From an uncultured Verrucomicrobiae bacterium (GTDB lineage: Bacteria > Verrucomicrobiota > Verrucomicrobiia > Chthoniobacterales > Chthoniobacteraceae), in contig CAVYKI010000009.1 in the NCBI GenBank assembly GCA_963769025.1, positions 448,001 to 512,000 on the forward strand: a stretch of DNA of 64,000 bases. The letters run 5' to 3'. The notes under the pieces were generated by a model that worked only from the letters and a program-made list of their open reading frames with translations, ran no database searches and was not told the DNA's origin. Below, piece by piece: positions 49,946-61,780 of the stretch. How positions within the stretch are numbered: position 1 is the stretch's first letter; every line of letters starts with the position of its first letter. A program made the position numbers and the translations under genes.

Positions 49946-52900
49946 CAGTCGCAGAGCGATTCGACGTAGGCTGCGGAGCCGTCGCGGAGCCAGCCGTCGA
50001 GCTGCGCCTGTTCCTTGAGCTGCTGCCCGCGGAGGCGCGGGACGACGAGGAACTTCGTGTTGATCTCCGGCAGCGCGGAGAGATCGCCCCACAGCTTTTC
50101 AAACTGCGCGACGGGGAAGACGTCCTCCTGTCCGTGGCCCCAGCGCTTTTTGACGTCCTTGAGCGTGATGTAGGTCGGCACGCGCGCGGCGAGGCTGCGG
50201 ATGGCGGCGATGACTTTGGGTTCGTTGTCGAGGTCGGCGCGCGTGAGGCCGAAGGCAGTCAACAGGCCGTCCACGTCGATCCATGTCGTGAGCGTGTTGT
50301 AGTAGGTCAGGCCGAACTCGAGTTCCTCGCGCGGCATCGCGAGTCCCTCGACGAGGCGCGGGCGGCCGTCCACTCGGGCGAGGCCGCCGCCGCGATCTTC
50401 GAGGCGGCGCGTGATGACCTCGAAGCTCAGCGTCGCGCCACTTTCGAGATGCCGGCCGAGGATTGCGGGGTCGAGATTCGCGCCGGCGGTGTCGATGTTG
50501 TGGAGCATCAGCGTCTTCAACTGCGGACGCTCGCGGAGCAGCGCGGCGAGGGTGCCGTTGCGCAGGAGATTCGGGATTTCGTAAAAATGCCCGATGGGAT
50601 GCATGCATTGAAGCGGGAGATTGTCGCGGTAGTCCGTCGTCTCACCGGCGCCCTCGGCCCAGCGCACGAGCGCGGCGCGCAGCGAGTCGCGGACTTTCTG
50701 CTGCTGCTCGTCGAGCACCTGCTGCGGCATCTCCTCCCACGCAAAGCGCAGGTCGCGCGCTGCGGGAACCATGCGCAGGCCGACGCTGCGGCCGCGGCTG
50801 AGGATGAGCGGGCCTTCGTAGCCGTAGTTTTTCCGCGCGGCGAGGATCGCGGAGATGGGGCCGTGAGTGAGGTAGCTCGTCGTGAAAATGTGCGGCACCG
50901 GCGCGCCAGACTCGCGCGAGATGCGGCGCGATTTGGCGAGGTGCGCTTCGAGGAAGGTGCGATGTCGGCCGCCGAGCTTGCAGAAGGGATGCAGCGACTT
51001 CACGACGCCTGCGCCCTGTGTCCAGCGGCTCGCGGCACCGGCGGCGAGGCTGACGACTGCGGCTTCGCCATTGCGGAGGGCGGCGAGTCCGCGGGCGGCG
51101 GAATCGTAGGGCGCGGTGCAGTCGGTGACATCGCCCGGTGCGGCGTCCTCGATCACGGCGGTGGCCGGCAGGCGGTTTTGCGCGAGGCCGATGCGGCCGG
51201 ATTTCAGGTCGCCGCGGATTTGCTCGTGCGCCTCGCGGTCAAAGCCGTTTTCGACGAGCAGTTCGTCGAGATTTTTTCCGCTTCCGCGTTCCTCGGCGGC
51301 GCGGGGAATCAGCGAATGGAAAAGTTCCTGCACCACGTCGCGCAGGCTTGGCTCGGTGCGGCACGCGGTCGCGAAGCTGTCGAGCTCGGCGCGACGCGCG
51401 TGGGTGAGTGTTTTCGGATCCTGGCGGAGCAGCTTTGGCGCGAGGAGAAGGTAGTAGGCTTTCGGCATCAGCGGCGCGCGATCGCCGCCGTCGAGGAGAT
51501 CGGCGAAGGTGCCGTTTTCGTTGATCGTGAAATCGTACACGACCGGCTCCATCGCGAAGGGGAGCGAGGCGGCGAGTTCCTTCTTCGTCGCGCTCATGAT
51601 GGCCTGCAGGCGGTCCTGCGCCTCGGCCTTGCGGTGCGGGGCAAAGATGAATCCCATGCCGCCGCCGCTCATGCCGCCGAGCATCCAGAAGCCCCAGAAG
51701 TCGCCGCCAAATTCCGCGCGCACGGCTTCGATGAGCCGCTCGGTGTAGTGCGTCGAGGCCCACGGGATGATCGCCTGGATCGGGCCGGAAAAATTCTGCG
51801 TGGTAATTTCGCCGACGCGTTTGATGTCACCCTTGCGCAGCGCATCGAGGATCTGATCGAGAAAGCTGAGCGCCTCCTGCCGGCCTTGCCATTCGGCGGC
51901 GCAGCGCAGCAGGTATTTCTCCGTCACCATTTCCAGGATGGGGCCGACGTTTTGCGCCATGCCTCCGTGGACGACGACGAGCGAATCCTGCAACGCCTTG
52001 CGCGCCGAGTCGGGGATTTCGTCGCGCGTGAAAACGCGGTGCTCGGGCATCAGGCGGCCGCGCGAGATGCCGTGCTCGGGATCGCCGGGCGACGAGGCGA
52101 CGCCTTCGATCAATTTGATCCCCGGCCACACGCCGCCGCTGTCCTGCCAGCCGCCGCCGCTGCCGCCGATCCATTCGCCGAGCAGCGCGCGCGCGAGCAC
52201 GAGCCGGCGTTCGCTTTCGCGCGAGCGGGCCGGTGAGCGACTCGGCCTGGCCGGTCGCGCGCATGAGCACGGAGATGAGCGCGGCGAGGAGATTGGTGGA
52301 CACCGCGAGGCGCGAGCCTTTCGGGATGTCGTTCACGCTGGAGACGAGTTCGAGGCCGCGCCCGGGACCGAGCATCTGCGCGAGGAGATCGCCGAGCGAC
52401 TGTCCGCTGCCCTCGATGCCGGGCGGCACGACGCCGCTGGCAATCACTGCGGCTTTCAGCAGGCCGAGGTAGTCCTTTGCAAAATCGAACACCTCGCTGA
52501 GCGACGAGATGTCCGCGCTCGCGCCGAGGTCCACCGAGACGAGGCGCAGCACCGGCTCGTCGATCACGCGGAGCCACGCGCTGACGGGCGGCTTTGTCTC
52601 CGAGTCGCGACCATGGACGCCGAGGTCCACGGAGATGTTCAGCACGCGCGCGCCCTCGGGATAGTCCATGCCGAGGAAGAAGATGTCGCTCCACGCGGAG
52701 TGCGTGAGATCCATGCGCACGGGCGTCTGCTCGCGGAGGATGGGATGCGATCCGTCGGCGCCGGTGTGCAGCAGTTCGGGGCGGATGCGGAGCGGCTGAT
52801 CCTTCGGATGGCCCATGCGAAACATCCATTGGTTCCCGCGCACCTGACGCACGCTGCGGCGGACCTGATCGGCGAGCGTCTGAAAGGCGAGCCGGTGATA

Positions 52901-53271
52901 TGCGGATGCGAGCGCCGATGAGAGCGCATCCGACGGGCCGTCGGACTTTTGGGCCGCGGTGAAAAGCTCGATCGCGTCCTCGAAGCGTCGCTGCGAGCAG
53001 ATGCTCGTAGCCGTGGAACGGGATGATGCCGCCCTTTCTCAGCTCCGGTCTGCGATGGGAGATGGAAGCGATGGATCGCGTGGAGGAAAAACAGTGCGCG
53101 GACCCGCTCGTAGAGATTGCGCGATTCGCGGCGGAATGCGTCGAGCGCGTCGCACTCCGCGAGGAGTTCGGTGAAGGTCGCGGCGGTGCAGAGGTCGTCG
53201 AGCGAACGGTCGCGCGTCGCCGCGTCGGGCGAGGTGATGAGTGCGATCAATGAAGCGGGGCCGGTGGACAT
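49942..53271 (-). CDS. GHMP-kinase-like plus UDP-sugar pyrophosphorylase fusion (about 1100 aa); frameshifts near 53035, 52993 and 52220
   Basis: Joining three track ORFs gives [33 protein letters not shown] and GGMSGGG, then [25 protein letters not shown] and QLKE. Confidence 0.75.
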
Positions 53272-53274
53272 GGG

Positions 53275-54133
53275 CTACTTCGCGGGTGGGCGACCGGTGG
53301 CGAGGAGTTCGACGATGCCGCGGAGGACTTCGTCGCGGTCGCGGCCTTCGAGCGCGAGCGCGAGCTGCGCGGTGAGCAGGCCGTATTTCACGCCGAAGTC
53401 GTAGCGGCGCCCGGCGAGCTCCACGGCGAGGTATCGCTCGTGCTCGGCGAGTTGCGCGAGTGCGGCGCGCAGGTGGATTGCATTCTCGCGTCCCTCCGCC
53501 TTTTTCAGCAACTCCGCGAGGAAGCGATGCACTGACGGCGTGAGGACGTGCATGCCGAAAAAGCACAGGTAGTATCCCGCGCGCAGGCCGGGGACGGTGA
53601 TTTGCTGCTCGGCCTCGGTGGGCGTCGGTTTTTCGAGGACTGTGTCCACCTGGTAGAGATGGCGTGCGGCGTCCACGAGCTTGCCACCGACGGCACCGTA
53701 GTAGGGGAGCTTGCTTTCGTGCGTGACTCTGGACGGCGGAGACGGCACAATTTTCCGCGCGCGCGATGGCCACGAGCTGCTCCGCGCAGCCTTGTCCGGT
53801 GTGCGAGAGGTAAAGGTGATCGCCGACGAGCAGCAGGAACGCGTCATTTCCGCAGAACGCAGCCGCGCAGGCGACCGCGTGCGCATAGCCGAGCGGCTTC
53901 GTCTGCTCGATGAAAGTAAGCCGCGGTGCGTGCTGTCCCGCCGCCGCGCGGAACGCCGCCTCGTCGCCGGGCGAAATCACGATGGCGATTTGCTCGATGC
54001 CTGCGCGGAGGACTTCCTCGATGATGATGGCGAGCGCGCTCTTGGTGACGCCTTCGCGGTCCACGAGAGTTTGGAGGGGGAGTCCGCGCTGGCCCTTGCC
54101 TGCGGCGGTGATGACAGCTTTTCGGAGATCCAT
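53275..54133 (-). CDS. Sugar-phosphate nucleotidyltransferase (GalU-like); one frameshift near 53727
   Basis: [28 protein letters not shown] in one frame; YGAVGG, LEKPT, YDFG in the next. Confidence 0.82.
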
Positions 54134-54518
54134 GTGTCCCGCTAGGATGAGGCAAGCCGGGCTGAATGGTCAAACTTCTGCCTGCGATCTTCTTCGTGCT
54201 GCGGCAACCGGACCGAGGGGGCTTCGGAAATCCGGGCTAGTCCTTTGGGAATGGCGTGGGCAACCAGCCCCGGAGCGTGCTTGCGCGAGGTGTGACGGAC
54301 GAATTTGCGCGGGGCGTGTTGCAGTTTCATCTCGAAGCTGCTCCTTGGTCTCCGGCAACGCAGGATGCACACTTCCCCCAATCCAAATACAGCGTGCCGC
54401 GCGCGGACCATGATGCGGATCGCGGTCGCGCCCGGTCGGATGTCCGATGGTGTCGAGCCGTCGATTTCGTCAGCATGGGTGCCACGGTTGCGTCCCGAGA
54501 TCAATGGAAAGCCACTGC

Positions 54519-55436
54519 ATGACGCCTAGCATATTCTCCATCAGCTACGCCGGCCTCTGGGGTCAATCGGCGCTGGGACTTGCCGATTTCATCCGGCATG
54601 CGGGCGAACTCGGCTTCCCGTCCGTGATGATCGCGGGCAAACGTCCGCATCTTTCGCCGCTCGATGCCACGCCGGAATTTATGGAGCTGATTCGCGAGGC
54701 GCTGGCGGAAGCGCGCGTGCGATGCGATGTGCTGGCTGCTTATACGAATCTCGCGCAGCCGTCGTCGGTCAGTTGCGAGGTGCCGGTGGTGGATTTTCAG
54801 ATCGCGTATGTCGAATCGCTCGCACGCATCGCCGGGCAAATCGGCGCGAAGGTCGTGCGCATCTTCACCGCGTATGAAATCGAGGGTCAGGATCTGCAGG
54901 CACAGTGGAAGCGCTGCGTCTCCGCCATCCGCGAAATCTGCGACCGGGCGGCGGCGCACGGCGTGACGATCGCGATCCAAAACCATCACGATATCGCCCT
55001 GCACACCGAGGCGCTGATCGAGCTGCTCACCGACATTGACCGTCCGAACTGCAAGCTTGGCTTCGACGCCTGGTCGCCCGCTCTCCGGGGTGAATCACTT
55101 TACGAGTCCGCGAAGATGGCCGCGCCGCACACCATCATCACGACCAACGCCGACTACATCAAAGTGCCGCGTCATCGCTACCAGCCCGAACTCGTGAATT
55201 ACGAGCGCCAGCCCGTGGACTGGGTGCGCACCGTGCCGTTTGGCACAGGCTTCATTGATTACACCGCGTTTTTCAACGGCCTGCGCGATGGGGGATTCAA
55301 CGGCACTGCGGTGTTTGAAATGTGTTCACCGCTGCGCGGCGGCGGATCGTTCGAGAATCTCGATGCATGTGCGACGACCTATTTGAAGTGGATGAAACCC
55401 CTGTGTGGCATGGGGCTCGGCGCGACGGAAGGTTGA
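54519..55436 (+). CDS. Sugar phosphate isomerase/epimerase (xylose isomerase-like TIM barrel)
   Basis: GAKVVRIF, IAIQNHHD, LGFDAW, FGTGFIDY, VFEMC. Confidence 0.87.
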   Translation: MTPSIFSISYAGLWGQSALGLADFIRHAGELGFPSVMIAGKRPHLSPLDATPEFMELIREALAEARVRCDVLAAYTNLAQPSSVSCEVPVVDFQIAYVESLARIAGQIGAKVVRIFTAYEIEGQDLQAQWKRCVSAIREICDRAAAHGVTIAIQNHHDIALHTEALIELLTDIDRPNCKLGFDAWSPALRGESLYESAKMAAPHTIITTNADYIKVPRHRYQPELVNYERQPVDWVRTVPFGTGFIDYTAFFNGLRDGGFNGTAVFEMCSPLRGGGSFENLDACATTYLKWMKPLCGMGLGATEG

Positions 55437-55447
55437 ATCCCTGACCC

Positions 55448-57064
55448 ATGAAGACATTCCCACTGCTGCTCGCACTTCTCCTCGCGGCGTTTGCCACGCC
55501 TGAGTCCTCACTCGCTGCGACGCCTCCGAACATCATCGTCATCCTCGCCGATGATCTCGGCTACGGCGATGTGCAGTGCTACAATCCGCAGCGCGGAAAA
55601 ATCCCGACGCCGAACATCGATCGTCTTGCAGCGCAGGGGATGCGGTTCACGGACGGGCACTCGTCGTCCGGCGTGTGCTCGCCGTCGCGTTACACGCTGC
55701 TCACGGGGCGGTATCATTGGCGCACGCGTTTGCAGAGCGGCATCGTCGGAGTTTTCGGCGAGCCATTGATCGCGGCGGATCGCATGACCATCGGCACGCT
55801 CGCGAAGCAGCACGGCTATCGCACTGCGGCGATCGGCAAATGGCATCTCGGCTGGGAATGGCCCGTGACGCCAGCTGAGCGGAAGCTCCTCCAGGCTCCG
55901 CGCAAGCCGGGCAAGGACGATGAGGCCGCACCGGACAAAGGCTCCAGTACGCCGACGGCAGAGCAGCTTGCCTCATGGCGCGAGGTTTTCTCCAAGCCCA
56001 TCTCCGGCGGCCCGGTGACTCGGGGCTTCGATACCTACTTCGGCACGGACGTGCCGAACTGGCCGCCGTTTTGTTTCATCGAGAACGATCGTACGGTCGG
56101 CATCCCGAGTGAGTTTCTGCCGCCGGAAAATTTCAGGAGCAACCTCGCCAGCCAGCCCGGTCCTGCGCTGAAAGATTGGAAGCTGGAAGATATCCTGCCT
56201 GCGCTCGGCGATCGCGCCGCGCAGTTCATCACCGATGCGGCGAAGAAGCCGGAGCCCTTCCTGCTCTACATGCCGCTCACTTCGCCGCACACGCCGCTCT
56301 CGGTCGTGAAGGAATGGAAGGACAGGAGCGGCCTGAACACGTATGCCGACTTCGTGATGCAGACCGATGCGACGGTGGGCCGCGTGCTCGATGCGCTGGA
56401 AAAGAGCGGCGCGGCGGAGCGCACGCTCGTCCTTTTCACAAGCGACAACGGCTGCGCGCCCTACATCGGCGCGGCGGACTTGGAAAAGATGGGACACTTT
56501 CCCAGCGGCCCGTTGCGCGGCTACAAGGCGGACGCGTGGGAGGGCGGGCATCGCGTGCCGTTCATCGCGCGCTGGCCGGGAGTTGTGAAGCCCGGCAGCA
56601 TTTGCGGGCAGCTCGTGTTGCAGGCCGATTTTCTCGCGACCATCGCGGACATCCTCGGGACGAAGCTCCCGGAGACCGCGGGCGAGGACAGCTTCAGCTT
56701 CCTCCCGCTGCTCAAAGGCGGGGACAAACCCGTGCGCGAGCAATCCGTGAGCTGCTCTTCCGCAGGGCTGCCGGGCGTGCGCTCGGGGCAGTGGAAATTC
56801 ATCCCCGGTCCCGGCTCCGGCGGCTGGGGCAAGGGCGGCGACCAGAGCCAGCCCGTGCAACTTTACAACCTCGCCGAGGACATCGGCGAAACGAAGAATC
56901 TCGCCGCCGCACAACCGGAGCGTGTCGCGCAAATGAAGGCGCTGCTCGAAAAACTGATCGCCGACGGACGCAGCACACCCGGCGCCGCTCAGAAGAATGA
57001 CGCCGAACTGAAACGCTACCCCGGAGGTGCCGCGGCACCGCGTAAGGCGAATGCCGCCAAATAA
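55448..57064 (+). CDS. Arylsulfatase (Cys-type sulfatase), secreted
   Basis: PNIIVILADDLGYGD, CSPSRYTLLTGR, GKWHLG, SPHTP, TSDNG, EGGHRVP. Confidence 0.95.
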   Translation: MKTFPLLLALLLAAFATPESSLAATPPNIIVILADDLGYGDVQCYNPQRGKIPTPNIDRLAAQGMRFTDGHSSSGVCSPSRYTLLTGRYHWRTRLQSGIVGVFGEPLIAADRMTIGTLAKQHGYRTAAIGKWHLGWEWPVTPAERKLLQAPRKPGKDDEAAPDKGSSTPTAEQLASWREVFSKPISGGPVTRGFDTYFGTDVPNWPPFCFIENDRTVGIPSEFLPPENFRSNLASQPGPALKDWKLEDILPALGDRAAQFITDAAKKPEPFLLYMPLTSPHTPLSVVKEWKDRSGLNTYADFVMQTDATVGRVLDALEKSGAAERTLVLFTSDNGCAPYIGAADLEKMGHFPSGPLRGYKADAWEGGHRVPFIARWPGVVKPGSICGQLVLQADFLATIADILGTKLPETAGEDSFSFLPLLKGGDKPVREQSVSCSSAGLPGVRSGQWKFIPGPGSGGWGKGGDQSQPVQLYNLAEDIGETKNLAAAQPERVAQMKALLEKLIADGRSTPGAAQKNDAELKRYPGGAAAPRKANAAK

Positions 57065-57167
57065 CCCGCCCCAGCCAGGGTAATCACGCGGCACTCCCTG
57101 ACCTCCCGCCGGGCGAGATTGTGCTCCACTCCCATCCCCCGAACACTCATCCATCATTCCCCATTTC

Positions 57168-60100
57168 ATGAAACGCATCCTCCTCACTGTTCTCTCGCTC
57201 GCGACTGCCACGACTGTCGCGACCGCCGCACCGCTCGTCTTCGAGGGCACGGACGGGCCCGGCAAGGGCAAGCACATCGTCTTCCTCGCGGGCGATCACG
57301 AGTATCGCTCGGAGGAATCGCTGCCGGCGCTCGCGCGGATTCTGGCGAAGCATCAGGGCTTCAAGTGCACGGTGCTTTTCAACATCGATCCGGCGACGGG
57401 CGAGATCGTCGCCGGCAACTCGAACATGCCGGGCATGGAGGCGCTCGGACACGGCGGATCTCGCGGTGGTGTTCCTGCGCTTCCAGAACTTCCCGCCGGA
57501 GCAGATGAAGCACTTCGACGACTACCTCAATCGCGGCGGCCCGGTGGTCGGGCTGCGCACGGCGACGCATGCCTTCAAGATGCACGGCGGACGATCCGTT
57601 CGCGAAGTATTCGTACGACTACAAAGGCGCCGGACTACGAACTCGGCTTCGGGCATCAGGTGCTCGGGCAGACCTGGGTCGGACACTACGGCAAGAATCA
57701 CCAGCAGAGCACGCGCATCACGATCGTCGACGGACAAGAAGGACGCATCCGATCCTGCGCGGCGTGAAGGACGTCTGGGTGCAGGCGGGCGGCTACGTCG
57801 GCAAGCCGACCGACGGCGAGATTCTGACGATGGCGCAGCCGCTCAATGGCATGACGCCGGATTCGCCGGCCGATGCGACGAAGCCGCCGATGCCTTCCGA
57901 GTGGACGCGCACTTACAAGTCCGCCTCGGGCAAAGCGGGCCGCGTCTTCACCTCGCTCTACGGCACGTCGGAAGACATCACGAACGACGGCTATCGTCGG
58001 ATGCTCGTGAACGGCTGCTTCTGGGCGCTCGGCCTGGAGGATGCGATCAAGCCGGACCTGAACATCGCCTTCGTCGGGCCGTTCAAGCCGAACACGTTCG
58101 GCGGCGGCGCGTATGCGCGGGGCATCAAGCCGGAGATGTATGCGGGATTCGAAAGCCCGATTCCGGCGAACAACAACACGAAGAATCCGAACCCGAAGCC
58201 TGCGAAGAAGAAGGACGGCAAGAAGGACGCCGCGAAGAAGGACGACAAGCCGGCGACAGCCGAAGCCGGCCGACGCCGGCGCAGCCGCGCCGCTCGCCAC
58301 GGGCAAGCCGGCGCGCTTCGTCCGCATCGAACTGCCGGGCGACAAGCGCATCCTCACGCTCGCGGAAGTGGAGGTGATCAGCGGCGGCAAGAACGTCGCG
58401 CCGGGCGGCAAGGCCACGCAGTCGAGCACGAACGGCGACGCGCGTCGCGGCACGGGCGATCGACGGCAACAAGGATCCCGACTGCGGCAAGGGCGGGCAG
58501 ACGCACACCTCGAACGCCGGCACGACGCAGCCCTGGTGGGAACTCGATCTCGGGCAGGCGAAGGACGTCGAGAAGATCGGCATCTGGAACCGCGAGGGAT
58601 TCGAGAGCCGACTCGATGGCTTCACGCTCACGCTGCTCGATGCGGATCGGAAGGAGGTCTTCCGCGCGACGAACGTCGCCGCGCCGGAAGTCGATGGAGA
58701 TCGATGTGAAGAACGGCGGCAAGCTGACCTATCTCGCCTACGACGGCAAGCCGGGCGCGCCGTCCGCGAGCGAAGACGGCGAAGGCGGCGGCAAGAAGCC
58801 GGCGGCAAGAAGGCAGCCGCCGCCGTCCAAGGAACCCGCGCTCGCCGACGTGCCGGCGGACTATCGCGACCCGCTGCCGTTCGCGTTTCAAGAAGGGCGA
58901 CGTCGTCGCCATCCTCGGCAACGGCCTGCCGGATCGCATGCAGCACGACGGCTGGATGGAGACGCTGCTGCAGAGCGCAGCTGCCGGATCAGCAGGTGCG
59001 CTTCCGCAACATGAGCACGAGCGGCGACCGGCCGAACTCGCTACCCGCGCAGCAGCGGCGCAGATTTCGATGACCGACTACCTGCAGCATGTGAAGGCGG
59101 ACGTCGTGTTCGGCGTTCTTCGGCTACAACGAATCGTTCGACGGCAAGCCCGACGACTACAAGACAGCAGTTGCTCGATTTCGTGAAGAAGACGCGCGGC
59201 GCGAAGGCGAACGGCAAGAGCTTCCCGCGCATCGTGCTCTTCAGCCCCATCGCGCACGAGGACACGCACAATCCGAACGTGCCCGACGGCAAGGCGCACA
59301 ACGCGCAGCTCGAAGCCTACACGAAGGCCACCGAAGCCGCGGCGAAGGAGGCGGGCGTCGCGTTTGTCGATCTGTTCCATCCGTCGCTGGAACTTTTCAA
59401 AGCCGCGAAGCACGCCGCTCACGATCAACGGCGTGCATCTGACCGAGGAAGGCAATCGCCAGCTCGCCGAAGTGATCGCACAGGCGCTGCTCGGCAAGCA
59501 GGTCAGCGCCTCGCCCTCGCTGGAGCCGCTGCGCGAGGCGGTGCTCGACAAGGACATGCACTGGAACAACCGCTACCGCGCCTCGCGACGGCAACGACGT
59601 GTGGGGCGGCCGCTCGACGCTGAGCCTTCACCAACGATCAGACCAACGCCGTCGTGCTGCAGCACGAGCTCGTCGATGCTCGACGTGATGACGGCGAATC
59701 GCGACGAGCGCGTCTGGGCGCGCGCCAGCGGCAAGGACAAGAAGGTCGACGACAGCAACGTGCCCGCAGCCCGTCCCGGTCATCTCGAATGTCGGCGGCG
59801 GGAGCAAGAGCTCCAGCGCGCATGAAGGAAGGCACGCTGAACTACATCAGCGGCGAGGAGGCCATCAAGCACATGGCCGTCGCGAAGGGATTCAAGGTCA
59901 GCCTGTTCGCCGACGAGGCGCGCTTCCCGCAGCTCGTCGAACCCGGTGCAGATGCAGTTCGACACCAAGGGCCGCCTGTGGGCCGCCGTGTGGCCGACTT
60001 ATCCGAAGTGGGAGCCGCTCAAGCCGATGAACGACGCGCTGCTCATCCTGCACGACGACAACAACGACGGCAAAGCCGATCGCGTGACGGAGTTCGCCAA

Positions 60101-61743
60101 GGTGCAGAATCCGCTCGGCTTCGAGTTCTGGAACGGCGGCGTCATCGTCACCTGCAGTCGGAACTGCTTTTCCTCAAGGACACCGACGGCGACGACGTGG
60201 CCGACGTGCGCATCATCATGCTGCAAGGCGCTCGATTCCTCCGACACGCACCACGGCGCGAACAACCTCATCTACGGCCCCGACGGCGGCATCTACTGGC
60301 AGAGCGGCGTCTTCATGGTGCACAACCACGAGCACCCGTGGGGGCCGTCGCTGCAGTCGGCGCGTCGCGCGATGTATCGCTTCGATCCGCGCCGCTTCAC
60401 CATCTCGATGCACGCGACGAACTCGCCGAATCCGCACGGCATCGTCGTTCGACTACTGGGGCTACCACTACGCCACCGACGGCACCGGCGGCCGCGCGTA
60501 TCAGGTGCGGCCCGAGGGCAACGGCTTCAAGATGCACGAGCTGCTGAAGAAGGAAGTCCGTCCCGTGACCGCGAGCGAAGTCGTCAGCAGCACGCACTTC
60601 CCCGAGTCGATGCAGGGCGACTTCTTGATCTGCAACGTCATCGGCTTCCTCGGCATCAAGCACTACCACCTCGAGCGCAATCCCGAGACCGGCGCGGTGT
60701 GGGGCGAGCCGGCGGGCGACGAACTCACCGTCAACGTCGATGAACGCCGACGGCACGCAAGACCGAGGAAAAATCACGCGGCCTGCTGATGAGCGGCGAC
60801 AAGAACTTCCGCCCGTCCGACGCCATCTTCGCGCCGGACGGCTCGCTGTACTTCAGCGACTGGCACAACGTCATCATCGGCCACATGCAGCACAACGTGC
60901 GCGACCCGAACCGCGACCACACGCACGGCCGCATCTACCGCATGACCGCCGACGGGCCGCCCGCTGCAGAAGCCCGTCGCCATCGACGGCCAGCCGATCC
61001 CCGCGCTGCTCGAAAACCTGAAGTCACCCGTCGACGGCATCCGCCATCGCACGCGCATCGAACTGAGCGAGCGCGACACGAAGGAAGTCATCGCCGCGAC
61101 GCAAGAAGTGGATGAAGCAGTTCGATCCGAACAAGAAGGAAGACGCGCATCACCTGCTCGAAGCGCTCTGGCTTCACCAGCAGCACAACGTGCAAAACCT
61201 CGAACTGCTCGACGCAGCTCCTGAAATCGCCCGAGCCGCACGCGCGCATCGCCGCCAACACCGTGCAGCATCTCTGGTTCAACGTCGAGCCGCATCGCAG
61301 CGCGGCGGCGTCATCGCCGAAGCGAAGGAGGCAGCCGCGAAGAAGTCCGGCATCCTCTCGCGACACGCCCGAACTCACCACCATCCGCATCGCCACCATC
61401 CCCGAACGGATGATGTACGACGTGAAGGAACTCACCGTGAAGCCCGGCAAGAAGGTCAAGCTCACCTTCGCCAACGCCGACTTCATGCCGCACAACATCC
61501 TGCTCGTGAAGCCCGGCAAGGCCGACGACATCGGCATGAAGGCGATCGCGCTCGGGCGCCAAGGGCTTCGAGGTCGGCTTCATCCCCGAGAGCACGGACA
61601 TCCTCTGGGACAGCAAGCTGGTCGACCACGGCAAGGAGGAAGTCATCGAGTTCACCGCTCCGCCGAGCCCGGGCGACTACCCGTACATCTGCTCATTCCC
61701 CGGGCACCATCTGATCATGCGCGGCACGATGAAGGTGAAGTAG
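57168..61743 (+). CDS. Large secreted multidomain protein: ThuA-like, discoidin/F-type lectin, SGNH, PVC-type propeller dehydrogenase and C-terminal azurin-like domain; many frameshifts
   Basis: Domain motifs run colinearly across frames: [86 protein letters not shown] at 61743. Confidence 0.8.
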
Positions 61744-61780
61744 GAGCGGAAAGCCTGGCTGACGCAGCCCAAGGCATCGC

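Noticed and set aside
54140..54520. Small ORFs or a structured RNA in the divergent intergenic region
   Set aside because: No recognisable protein motif or riboswitch consensus
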